DNA of 63,982 nt, the filler included, from Octopus bimaculoides (lineage: Eukaryota), in NCBI RefSeq assembly GCF_001194135.2. It is 3 parts of 3 records of this genome, joined end to end, with 100 filler letters (N's around TTAATTAATTAA, not from the genome) between each part and the next. Parts side by side here need not be neighbours in the genome. Positions count along the whole stretch, not along the records: positions 1 to 28,720 come from NC_068987.1; positions 28,821 to 49,763 come from NC_069002.1; 1 more part is not named here. One strand, 5' to 3'. Below are positions 26,845-39,349 of this stretch, piece after piece. The position numbers and the translations under genes are program-made. The notes under the pieces were generated by a model, which was given only the letters and a program-made list of their open reading frames with translations, was not told the origin of the DNA and ran no database searches. Every line of letters starts with the position of its first letter. Position 1 is the stretch's first letter.

Positions 26845-27302
26845 GTCTCATGCATTCTGCTCCACTTGGTCAGATTGTTAACAAGGACTATTACCGTGAC
26901 ATGTTGCGGTATTAGCTGGATGTTGTTCGTTGGAAAAGGAGAGAATGACATGCGTCCGTTGAGTAGAAACTCTAAAATGTCAACGTGCTTGTCCATTTAG
27001 TGTAGCATTTTTTTGCGAAGCACAATATTCCCTGGGTCCGACAACAACCATATTCCCCAGATTTCACTATTTGCGATCTTTACCTCTTTCCAAATATCAA
27101 ATCCCACTTGAAAGGAATGCGAAGAGACAGCTGCTCGCTATCCTTGAAAAGGAGTTCCAGGAATGCTTTCATCAATGGAAACGAAGCTGGACAAAAGTAT
27201 GTTGCTCCAGAAGGGGACCTACTTTGAAGGAAATTAAATGCTGAATTGATATTTATTCTAGTTTATAGCACCAGATCCGATACCTTTTGACCAAACCTTG
27301 TA
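26845..27302 (+). mobile_element. Decayed mariner (DD34D-type) transposase 3' half with right terminal inverted repeat
   Basis: HSAPLGQIVNKDYYRDMLRY*LDVVRWKR; FAKHNIPWVRQQPYSPDFTICDLYLFPNIKSHLKG; ...GTYFEGN* (stop at 27237). TIR-like GATACCTTTTGACCAAACCTTG followed by TA at 27301-27302. Confidence 0.85.
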
Positions 27303-28401
27303 TTTCTCTTAGTTACATAAATATGTGACGTAAATTATTTTCTGCTGTATCACACATTTTCAGATCCTATTTGTTTTGCTTTTTTTTTGCAAATAAAGCG
27401 AATTAAATTATTCCTGTCAGTCTAGTCAGTGTTGCTTAATCCACCACTCTCTTTAGTTAAACGAGCTTGCTCGTTTCAACGTTTCGCAAAGTGTGTGTAT
27501 GTGTGTGTTTCCGTTCTTAACACTATTGCTTAGCTAGTTCAATCGACGTTTTTAAATATTAAAATTATATAGTTTTCCTCTTTACAGTTTGGGTCTTATT
27601 GCGAAATTAAATTTATTCTCATATATATATTTTGCTATTTGTTCTGTGTAGTTAATTTCATTCTCACATCTGATGGCAACATTCCTCTGACGAGAATAAC
27701 TAAAAGAATAATATATAAAGATAATGGCAGAGGCTACATTCTCTCCGGTATATTGTTCAGCGTATTGCAGGGGGGGGGGTTCTCTGTTCGAAATTCATTT
27801 AAACAAAATATGTTGTTAGATTTGTACACGACTGCCATGACGAAGGCAAATAAATGCGGAATGTAGAAATAACGTTGATTGTGAACATCATCCAGTCATG
27901 GCGATTTGCATCTCGCCCGATAACTCAGTATGACTGTCACCTCGTCTGATGAAATTACAGTTTAACTAGCAATGTCCCCCAAAAAGCCCGGTCATGTGCT
28001 GTTGCAAGACCTCAGTCATATCTTTGAAGCGTAGACAATACATCACAGAGATTTTCTACAGATCGAATTGTCTCTTTGCCAGCACGCAGCGCCAATTATA
28101 TAATAAAAAATTCAGTTGTCACTAATTGTGACTGAGGGTACTGGGTAGCACCTATATTGCTAGAAATAGGAAGCAACATCCTTAGAACCGCAAGAACGCA
28201 TATTTCATATACTAACAGGGGAGATAACCGCCCCATAAGCGATGCTAGATCACTATACGAGATAAGTTTCGCATGAAAATTACAATCCCGCCAGGAGTGA
28301 CTCGTCCATTGCAAAATGGTTTATGCTCATTTTTCAAAATGCTAATCGGAAGATTGTAAAATAACAAAGGTAGCAATATGCAATATAAAACCACACACAC
28401 A

Positions 28402-28482
<81 letters not shown>

Positions 28483-28764
28483 GGACCTTGAATGCCATGA
28501 GGCAGGAAAGTATACTAGTACTTATATATTTAATACTCAATATTTCATATATTCAATAAGACATTCAATACTTCATTTCATTTTACTATATATACTATAT
28601 ATTCCATATTCTATATCCCACATTAATTTTATAAGAATATAAATAAAACATAAAAAACAGACAGCGTTGCAACCCTTTTAAAAAATATATTCCTCTATAC
28701 ACGATCATACAAAACCCTTTNNNNNNNNNNNNNNNNNNNNNNNNNNNNNNNNNNNNNNNNNNNN

Positions 28765-28776
28765 TTAATTAATTAA
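28765..28776. other. Synthetic assembly spacer TTAATTAATTAA
   Basis: Six-frame stop 12-mer with exactly 44 N on each side (100 bp total); an identical construct is at 49808-49819. Confidence 0.9.
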
Positions 28777-28820
28777 NNNNNNNNNNNNNNNNNNNNNNNN
28801 NNNNNNNNNNNNNNNNNNNN

Positions 28821-28856
<36 letters not shown>

Positions 28857-29505
28857 GTACCTATATATAAGTGTGTGTGTGTATGTAGAGAGAGAGAACG
28901 GGGGAGAGTGAGAAGTGGGGTGAGGTATGCTACCTTCTTTACTGACGGTGGCAGCACAACTGATGCTGAGAAACAAAGAGACAACTAGGTGAGAAAGATA
29001 ATGTTGATCAGTCTTATGAGGTAGGTTCGAAACCTAACTCTTCTTGTACGAAGGCAAGTGAGCAAACACTTTTTCAATTGGTTTCGAATTTCACTAAGCC
29101 TAGCATCATTATGGTTATATGCTCAGTTATGGCTACCCATAATTCCAGTGGTTTTAAGATTTCACGATTGCAATGTACATGGTTATGCTGATGTACACAG
29201 TTTTGAACACTGAAATATTCGGAGATGTTGGTGTAAGCATAACCTCAAATTGCAGGGAGTTAGCTGACACTGCAGTACCACAGGCAGAAGGCAAGCTTAG
29301 TTTGAAGAACATCATCGGGTATCAATGCATGATGTGACAGGGACATGAAGCTTGTCATTTACCAGCAACGGAAGAAATCAGACCTCACGTGGAAAGAAGA
29401 CCATATACGCTCAGTAGCTAGGTTGGATTACTATATGTATGCGTGTGTGTGTAGACCCTGTGAGCGTGTGAGAGAGAGAGGGGGGGTCTAGTTGCCGATT
29501 GTATA

Positions 29506-29659
29506 GTTGCCAAGTGGTATCCACGAGATCGAAAAAGACTATTTGGAAGGTCTTCACAACGATGGGGAGACAATTTGCTCAAGCAATTTTCGGTCAAGAT
29601 GGAAAAGAATAGCGCAATCAAGACGGAATCGGAAGCGCATTGTGACCAGCGATGTATAA
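29506..29659 (+). mobile_element. 3' terminal fragment of an RTE-clade LINE ORF
   Basis: VAKWYPRDRKRLFGRSSQRWGDNLLKQF / WKRIAQSRRNRKRIVTSDV*, matching the RTE C-terminal W.P...KR..GR...RW.D...W...AQ.R pattern. Confidence 0.6.
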
Positions 29660-29661
29660 CG

Positions 29662-29709
<48 letters not shown>

Positions 29710-29712
29710 TTC

Positions 29713-29776
<64 letters not shown>

Positions 29777-30891
29777 TAATACGTTTTCCAAATCCATGAT
29801 TGCATTTTGAAATAATTCTTTTGTTTTGCATCATCAAAATATCCTTTGCGTGGTCTCATCAAAGAAGTGCTTAAAACTGGTGGAAAGGGAATATATGCAA
29901 TCGTTTCAGCACAATGCTCTGCTGTAAATATTAAACTCTACCGGTAAAGATTATCAATTTCAGCTTTNNNNNNNNNNNNNNNNTTTTTTTTTTTTTTTTT
30001 TTTTTCATTTTTCGCTTCCATGTTTATAAGAATCTTATTATTATGACTCATGCTAATATCACATTCACATAATGACGGTGAGTTTTCTACAAGGCAAAAT
30101 AATGGCAGTTGGAATTTTGTCTGCTGTCACCCGTGGTGGCATCGCAACTATAAATACCTGTGTTTGTGTGTTCGTGTATTTTTTCTTTTGGCATTGTTAT
30201 GACTTTTGAAAATAACAATATTTCAACCAAAAGCGTCCCACTTGCGTTCAACAAATGTCGCGCGTTGGCGTAAATGTTTTTTGAAAATATATTAACTCTG
30301 GGTGGAGTTCGTATCGATATAATTTCATTCAATTCACATCACCAATAGACGGATATTTTCTGTCATTTTATAGCAATTACGTAAATAATTATTGTGTACA
30401 TTACTTTAAGGAAGATCTACTTTAGAATTTCGATTTCTTTTTAAACTACGACTAACACAATAGTGTTTTTAATTTTACTTCTATTGTTTCTTCGCCACTT
30501 CTCCGATGTCGTCGTCATATCCAGCCATTTTTTATAGTCATTGTCTGCACGTTTAATAGAAATTGAGAAAAAATATCGCTATGATCTAGAATAAAATGTT
30601 TCATCAATGAATGTGATCAGAATAATGCTAAGCTATTAATTGCGGCATTAATGCTGGAGTTGGCAATCATCGCAAATTCAAAGAATACTCTCTGACGCCA
30701 ATCATGCGTCTATTGATTCTAAATGTGTACTGCAGACGCATGTATGTATACATTTGTGGATGTATATATGTTTGCTTTCCATTTAATTATTTTAATTCTA
30801 CCAATATAGAACAAGCTGGTTTTTAACAAAGAAACAAAGTTCAATCGTTGGAATTTATTTAACAACAACGGTAGAGAAGTGTCGTTTTTCG

Positions 30892-31246
30892 TCTTTTATT
30901 TCATTCAGTCATTTCATTGTGGCCATGCTGGGGTATCGCCTTCAAGAAATTTAGTCGAACAAATCGATACCAGTATTATATCATTAAGCTTGGCAATTCC
31001 ATTGTTCTCTTTTGCCAAAACGCTAAATTACGGGTTGTCAAGGGGTGTGGTGGGGGACAAACACAGACACAAAGACACACAGAGACACACACAGACACAC
31101 ACAGACACACACACGCACACATAGACATACGACGGGCTTCTTTCAGTCTCCGTCTACCAAGTCCATTCAGAAGGTTTTGGTTGACCCGAAGCTATAGTGG
31201 TGGACATTTGTTCAAGATGTCACGCAGTGAGACTGAATACGAAAAC

Positions 31247-31250
<4 letters not shown>
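30892..31250 (-). mobile_element. Degenerate near-full SINE S1 with internal (CA)n
   Basis: Homologous to 56114-56482. Confidence 0.75.
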
Positions 31251-31340
<90 letters not shown>

Positions 31341-31490
31341 GTGCGTGCGTGCGTGTGTGTGTGCGTGCGTGTGTGTGTCTAAGTGTGTGTCTGAGTATAT
31401 ATATATAAATGTGTACTGCAGACGCATGTATGTATACATTTGTGGATGTATATATGTTTGCTTTCCATTTAATTATTTTAATTCTACCAA

Positions 31491-31876
31491 ATGCACTGAC
31501 AAGGAGTTTTGTTGGTCTCTCGCTCAACTGTGCCCCACACATAATAATCAAGGGGGTTGCAGTCTGGGGAGTTAGGTGACCAGACGTTAGGGGTGATATG
31601 GTTGCAGAAATTGTCTGACAGCCATGATAGAGTTCTCCTGCTTGTGTGACATGGTGCAGAATCCTGCTGCCAGACATAGGGTCGTCCAGCAGCCACCCTC
31701 TTCACCCAGGGCAGCACTACCTCCTCCAGGGACTCGATGTAGAGCTCCGTGTTGAGTGTGAGGCCGTGTGGGAAGACGAATAGAGGCATAACATCGCCAT
31801 CACTAGTAGTCACTCCAAACACCATGATGTTGACTGGATGTTTGATTTTTATCACTTTCGGTACATGTCCTCAGAA
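31491..31876 (-). mobile_element. Internal fragment of an IS630-Tc1-mariner DD37D (maT) transposase
   Basis: KHPVNIMVFGVTTSDG...YVWQQDSAPCH...WSPNSPDCNPLDYYVW; exactly 37 codons between the Asp at 31661-31663 and the Asp at 31547-31549. Both ends are truncated. Confidence 0.92.
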
Positions 31877-32608
31877 TGTAGTCTTCTCAGATTCGCACCC
31901 AAATACAATCCGCATCTTGTGCTCATTTTGTAGTAAAGCTTGTATTTCTTTAGCAGCCTTCATTTGATATCATAGATTTTTCTGTATCCTTCACCGGCCA
32001 GCTTATACGTTTGACCAGTGTTTACGTAGTCCTCGAATATGAGTAAGTTATCAAATCTTTCCTTGAGCTTTCTTACAGCAAGGAAGTCATTGTAATAAAG
32101 AACAAAACTTAGAAGCATTTCCTCAGTTGACGAGAGACTTGAGATTATTTTGCTCAATCTCATAAATAAGATCTTAAAATCTGAGTCACTACGAAACCGA
32201 GACCTCGTAGAGAGAAGTAAACGCTGCATCTTTCATAAAGCGCTATATCTCATTGACTGTGGATCCATTCTAAAAACACCAATACAACCACTGTGCATCC
32301 TATAGGTTCTACAAAAAGCGAAATGTTCTCACAATGCACACAATGTGGGTAAGTTGTTGCTGCGCCAGTGTTACTGGCACTTAAATCTAATCAAAAGAGG
32401 TCGTCACGTGTGAGACACAGAAAGACTTGCATGCACTCACACACATGTTGCATCTACGATAGACTTCCGTTTAAGAAATTGTTCCGTAGTAGAAAACTTA
32501 TGCACAAGACGCCACGCAGTAGGACTGAACCTGAAACTACGTGAGTATGTGGACGCGTCCCACGGCAACTGGTTTTAGGCTTGTTTACGCTCCAGCGTAA
32601 ATGTATGA

Positions 32609-32645
<37 letters not shown>

Positions 32646-32721
32646 ATCATATTGTGTTACATATATATGCGTGTGTATGTATTTATATATATATATACAC
32701 TTTATATTATATAATTTATAT

Positions 32722-32761
<40 letters not shown>

Positions 32762-33284
32762 TTTATATTATGAGAGAGAGAGAGAGATACACGCATATCT
32801 GTAGACATATTTATGTATTAAATTGTGCTCGTGTCCATTCAATAATCCTGTTCCCTTTGAATGCAACCGAATTAAGTATATTTTGCCCTACAAAGTGCGA
32901 CAGACAAAAGAACATCTCACACCAAATGGCGCTCTAGGTTAAAATACACCTTAATAGACTCTGACTGTTCGTTATATACTGATTAAAGACGGTCGTATGT
33001 CTCTCAAACACAAAGCCCAGAGACTCCTACGAATTCTCCCTGTCCAATTCTCTATTTTCAATCTCTCCTCTGTACACACACATACACACACACGCGCACA
33101 CACGCAGAATGCTTGTGTGTGTGTGTATGTGTATCATATATGTGTGGATGTGTGAATGTGCGTCTATATGTACATAGTTGCATCGTTATATATGCATAAA
33201 TATACGCGTCATCGGCAAAAATAACTAGGTGTATTCGTACAATATAAATTTTTCCTCTAGTGAGAAAAAATATATATGTATGTG

Positions 33285-33327
<43 letters not shown>

Positions 33328-33715
33328 TTTTCTATATCTTTCGTTGTTTTCAGCAACAACAACAACCTCAACAGCAACACCAAGAACAACAAAAGAAAAT
33401 TGAATATCTTTCGAACGAAATACGATTATTGTATTAAAAAAAAAGAAAAATTAAAATTAAAATTAATACAAAAAGTATTTTTCATTTTCTATCACTATCT
33501 TTCTACTTTTGTTGATGTGTATATGTATATATACACACACAAGTGTTCATATATATATACATACATATATATACATACTTACTTATATATATATACATAC
33601 ATACATATATACATATTTATTCATGCGTATATTAACGTACATACAAACATACACAAAGATATTTGCGCACATCTTTTTTTTCTGCAAGAGAATGTAAAAG
33701 AGAGAGGGAGAGAGA

Positions 33716-33801
<86 letters not shown>

Positions 33802-34189
33802 AAAAAAAAATTCATACTCAACCATAATTTCAAATGGCAGATCAAAATATTCTGGAATAATCGAAATTAAAAATAATATTTACAACGACATTATCCGCCA
33901 TCGTCAACAACAACAACAACAACAACAGCAACAACAACAACAACAGCAGCAGCAACAACAACAACATTCGGAATGTTGTCTCTTTGTTATGTAGTATGAC
34001 AACGTAAAATGCACAATAAAGACTCGATCACACGTCACGCTGTTTATTTTCTCAGAGATGTAACAACCAACACATGCGACCCTTGCTTTCTGGCTCATTA
34101 GGCGCGATTCAAAAAGTGCCACGGACCCTTGTTCTTCTTTCATGTTATTGTGGCTGATGTCGATGAAGATGACGATTACGATTATACTG

Positions 34190-34680
34190 CTGCTGTTCAT
34201 GGTGACGACGATGACGATGACGATGACGATGACGGAGTGTTGATGGCGGTGCTGTTCATCATATGTGGGTGACGGTGTTTGAAGAGGAGGAGGTGGAGGA
34301 GGAGGAGGAGAATGATGAAGATGATGATGGTGATGGTGATGGTGATGGTGATGGTAGTGGGGAGAGTGAGGAAGACGGAGACGACGATAACGACGACGAT
34401 GATGATGATGATGATGATGATGATTAAAATGATGACGTGGATGAAGTGAATGAGGAAGTTGACGCCGATGATGATGACGATGATGATGATTATGATGATG
34501 ATGGTGATGATGATGATCATCATGCTGACGAAGACGACGACGACGACTGCGACAGCGACGATGATAATGAATATGATGACTGGTGATGACAGCGATGGTC
34601 ACAATGATGTTGTTGGTGAGGACGGCAAGGATGATGACAACGACGAATTTTGTGATGACAAAAAACGACGATCATAGAAT
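34190..34680. repeat. Degenerate (GAT/GAC/GGT)n trinucleotide tract
   Basis: Directly visible; gives spurious His-, Asp- and Met-rich ORFs. Confidence 0.9.
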
Positions 34681-35865
34681 GCGTTCTCTCTCTCCTGTTT
34701 TCTTTTCGAGTTTCCTTGCATCTACTGCAATACACGTAGGGCGTTGGGGGTCTTTGGTGCAACTCTTTTCGGGTTGAAGAAACGTGAGGCTTTTAATTTA
34801 AGGTTTTATTTCATGTGCCGGGGGTGGTGGTGGTGGAGGTGGTGGTGGGGGTGATGCTGGGGGTGGTGCCAGTTTTGTCACTTATTCTTGTTATTGTTTC
34901 AGTTACTCTTATTATTGCCAACAACACATATACAGCCAAACACATGCACACACTATAAATATATATATATACACACATATGTACACATATATAGATAATA
35001 TATACATANNNNNNNNNNNNNNNNNNNNNNNNNNNNNNNNNNNNNNNNNNNNNNNNNNNNNNNNNNNNNNNNNNNNNNNNNNNNNNNNNNNNNNNNNNNN
35101 NNNNNNNNNNNNNNNNNNNNNNNNNNNNNNNNNNNNNNNNNNNNNNNNNNNNNNNNNNNNNNNNNNNNNNNNNNNNNNNNNNNNNNNNNNNNNNNNNNNN
35201 NNNNNNNNNNNNNNNNNNNNNNNNNNNNNNNNNNNNNNNNNNNNNNNNNNNNNNNNNNNNNNNNNNNNNNNNNNNNNNNNNNNNNNNNNNNNNNNNNNNN
35301 NNNNNNNNNNNNNNNNNNNNNNNNNNNNNNNNNNNNNNNNNNNNNNNNNNNNNNNNNNNNNNNNNNNNNNNNNNNNNNNNNNNNNNNNNNNNNNNNNNNN
35401 NNNNNNNNNNNNNNNNNNNNNNNNNNNNNNNNNNNNNNNNNNNNNNNNNNNNNNNNNNNNNNNNNNNNNNNNNNNNNNNNNNNNNNNNNNNNNNNNNNNN
35501 NNNNNNNNNNNNNNNNNNNNNNNNNNNNNNNNNNNNNNNNNNNNNNNNNNNNNNNNNNNNNNNNNNNNNNNNNNNNNNNNNNNNNNNNNNNNNNNNNNNN
35601 NNNNNNNNNNNNNNNNNNNNNNNNNNNNNNNNNNNNNNNNNTATTTATGTGTATATACGTGCATTTATACATGTATGTGTGTACTATTGATATATAATTT
35701 GTTAAACGGCAACTGTGTGGAAACTCGTGGCATACATGGTTCTATGCGTGTCTGTGTGTGTTAAAGTGTATGTATATGCGTGTGACTGTGTGCATGTATG
35801 CGTGGATGGAAGGGTGGTGTGTGTGTTGGAAATAAAAATTATGAAGAACACTAGAATATATATTT

Positions 35866-35964
35866 TGTTGCTACATACGTTTCGCCATTGCAGTTATTTC
35901 AAACTAAGCACTGGACACTCCAGTTACATTTAGATGGCTAACTGCAACAGATCATCAGGGAACA
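35866..35964 (-). ncRNA. Type I hammerhead ribozyme motif with long stem II (second copy at 36641-36732, cut by a gap)
   Basis: Minus strand TGTTCC-CTGATGA-TCTG-TTGCAGTTA...TAACTGCAA-TGGC-GAA-ACGTATGT-A/GCAACA: canonical core, 9-bp perfect helix in stem II with an inner CTGGA/TCCAG hairpin, stem I with 5 of 6 pairs. Confidence 0.6.
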
Positions 35965-37395
35965 CTTTACTGGGGCTAGCTTAGCCGCAGTTCAATGACT
36001 AAAATGAGTCCAAGGTATGAAATAAAATATTTGTGTATGTGTTAATGTTTGTTTTTACGTTGAGATACAATAAAAACAATTTTACATAAATCTGATGGGT
36101 TCCTCCATACTTTGTAGAATGGTAATTTAACATTCTTCTGGAAGAATATTATTGACAGGGTCTTCGAAGTTTCGACGACTTAAGCCATAATCCGACGATA
36201 ACGTAACTGGCCAAAATTTCGAAGTTACTGCCAACAATATTCTTGTATAAGAGTAATAAATATNNNNNNNNNNATATATATATATATATATGTGTGCATT
36301 ATTCAATACATATGTTTATGATTTTTTGAGCCAAAATAAGATAGAAAGCCAGTCATATACACATTATTCTCGGAACGTGTGTGGAGTTTATGATCATATT
36401 AATATTTGCGTGTTCTTATTTATGTGTATATACGTGCATTTATACATGTACGTGTGTACTATTGATATATAATTTGTTAAACGGCAACTGTGTGGAAACT
36501 CGTGGCATACATGGTTCTATGCGTGTCTGTGTGTGTTAAAGTGTATGTATATGCGTGTGACTGTGTGCATGTATGCGTGGATGGAAGGGTGGTGTGTGTG
36601 TTGGAAATAAAAATTATGAAGAACACTAGAATATATATTTTGTTGCTACATACGTTTCGCCATTGCAGTTATTTCAAACTAAGCACTGGACACTCCAGTT
36701 ACATTTAGATGGCTAACTGCAACAGATCATCANNNNNNNNNNNNNNNNNNNNNNNNNNNNNNNNNNNNNNNNNNNNNNNNNNNNNNNNNNNNNNNNNNNN
36801 NNNNNNNNNNNNNNNNNNNNNNNNNNNNNNNNNNNNNNNNNNNNNNNNNNNNNNNNNNNNNNNNNNNNNNNNNNNNNNNNNNNNNNNNNNNNNNNNNNNN
36901 NNNNNNNNNNNNNNNNNNNNNNNNNNNNNNNNNNNNNNNNNNNNNNNNNNNNNNNNNNNNNNNNNNNNNNNNNNNNNNNNNNNNNNNNNNNNNNNNNNNN
37001 NNNNNNNNNNNNNNNNNNNNNNNNNNNNNNNNNNNNNNNNNNNNNNNNNNNNNNNNNNNNNNNNNNNNNNNNNNNNNNNNNNNNNNNNNNNNNNNNNNNN
37101 NNNNNNNNNNNNNNNNNNNNNNNNNNNNNNNNNNNNNNNNNNNNNNNNNNNNNNNNNNNNNNNNNNNNNNNNNNNNNNNNNNNNNNNNNNNNNNNNNNNN
37201 NNNNNNNNNNNNNNNNNNNNNNNNNNNNNNNNNNNNNNNNNNNNNNNNNNNNNNNNNNNNNNNNNNNNNNNNNNNNNNNNNNNNNNNNNNNNNNNNNNNN
37301 NNNNNNNNNNNNNNNNNNNNNNNNNNNNNNNNNNNNNNNNNNNNNNNNNNNNNNNNNNNNNNNNNNNNNNNNNNNNNNNNNNNNNNNNNNNNNNN

Positions 37396-37429
<34 letters not shown>

Positions 37430-37620
37430 CTAGATCACTAGCCACTACACATTCTTTATTTTCTCTCCTTGTTTCTTTATGTGTTCCTTTCTGTGGAAGA
37501 GCACAGGCTCGAAACGTTAAAGACTTTTTCACTTCCTGAGCGTTAAACTAAAACATCTGTTTGTTGTCTACACCACTTGTCTTCGTCTTTTGTTTTTTGT
37601 TTTTTGTTAATTCTCCCTAT
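37430..37620 (+). mobile_element. Short non-autonomous element carrying a minimal hammerhead motif (37487-37522), embedded between (CA)n and (TA)n
   Basis: CTTT-CTGTGGA-A-GAGCACAGGCTC-GAA-ACGT-T/AAAG; flanks are homologous to 18165-18330. Confidence 0.6.
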
Positions 37621-38373
37621 ATATAAATACATATATGCATATATGTATGCATGTATGTATAGGCATTCAAGCCTCCCGACTGTATTTACTGGATATTTAT
37701 TCTTTACTTTGTCGGTATATTGTCGTAGATTTCCTCTAAAACATGACAACCCTAAAGACTTTCTCAAAGACCTTTGCAATCCCTACGGAAAAAAAAAATA
37801 TCAAAGGTTGTTTGAAATCGCTGTATTGTGTCTACACCTAAGTAAATATATCTTTTCTGGTCACTACAAACCGTGATCACCGGAAACCGGCTTGTTCATC
37901 ACTTACTATAGAAGCGAAAGAAATCTGTGCCCTATTCAGCCGTGTCTAGCCTTTGGGCAGTTGATCCTTATTCGGAATAGCTGTGTAAGGATTTCACTTG
38001 GGATGCTGTCCATCACATATCGCTCTTGTTTTCGTTATCCTACTCAACAGAGAAGATACTTGCGTTGTGTTTCGTTGACCAGCTGAGATAGCGAGTTGTG
38101 TGGTTGTCACACTGTGTTTGTCGACATGAATGCATATGCCTGCATGTGTGCTTTATGGTGTTTCTGTTGGTGTGCATATTATATGCAACTTTACAATTAT
38201 ATCAATATATATATATATATATATATGTCTGTCTGTCTGTCTATCTACTTACCTACCTACCTTCCTACCTACCTACCTACCTACCTACCTACCCACATAC
38301 CTACCTACCCACATACCTACCTACCTACCTACCTACCTACCTGCCTATCTACCTACCTGTCTACCTACCTATG

Positions 38374-38408
<35 letters not shown>

Positions 38409-38427
38409 ATATCTATCTATCTATCTA

Positions 38428-38472
<45 letters not shown>

Positions 38473-39317
38473 ACCAACTTGCCTACCTACCTACCTACCT
38501 ATCTACCTACCTACCGCCCCACCTATCTATCTATCNNNNNNNNNNNNNNNNNNNNNNNNNNNNNNNNNNNNNNNNNNNNNNNNNNNNNNNNNNNNNNNNN
38601 NNNNNNNNNNNNNNNNNNNNNNNNNNNNNNNNNNNNNNNNNNNNNNNNNNNNNNNNNNNNNNNNNNNNNNNNNNNNNNNNNNNNNNNNNNNNNNNNNNNN
38701 NNNNNNNNNNNNNNNNNNNNNNNNNNNNNNNNNNNNNNNNNNNNNNNNNNNNNNNNNNNNNNNNNNNNNNNNNNNNNNNNNNNNNNNNNNNNNNNNNNNN
38801 NNNNNNNNNNNNNNNNNNNNNNNNNNNNNNNNNNNNNNNNNNNNNNNNNNNNNNNNNNNNNNNNNNNNNNNNNNNNNNNNNNNNNNNNNNNNNNNNNNNN
38901 NNNNNNNNNNNNNNNNNNNNNNNNNNNNNNNNNNNNNNNNNNNNNNNNNNNNNNNNNNNNNNNNNNNNNNNNNNNNNNNNNNNNNNNNNNNNNNNNNNNN
39001 NNNNNNNNNNNNNNNNNNNNNNNNNNNNNNNNNNNNNNNNNNNNNNNNNNNNNNNNNNNNNNNNNNNNNNNNNNNNNNNNNNNNNNNNNNNNNNNNNNNN
39101 NNNNNNNNNNNNNNNNNNNNNNNNNNNNNNNNNNNNNNNNNNNNNNNNNNNNNNNNNNNNNNNNNNNNNNNNNNNNNNNNNNNNNNNNNNNNNNNNNNNN
39201 NNNNNNNNNNNNNNNNNNNNNNNNNNNNNNNNNNNNNNNNNNNNNNNNNNNNNNNNNNNNNNNNNNNNNNNNNNNNNNNNNNNNNNNNNNNNNNNNNNNN
39301 NNNNNNNNNNNNNNNTA

Positions 39318-39349
<32 letters not shown>

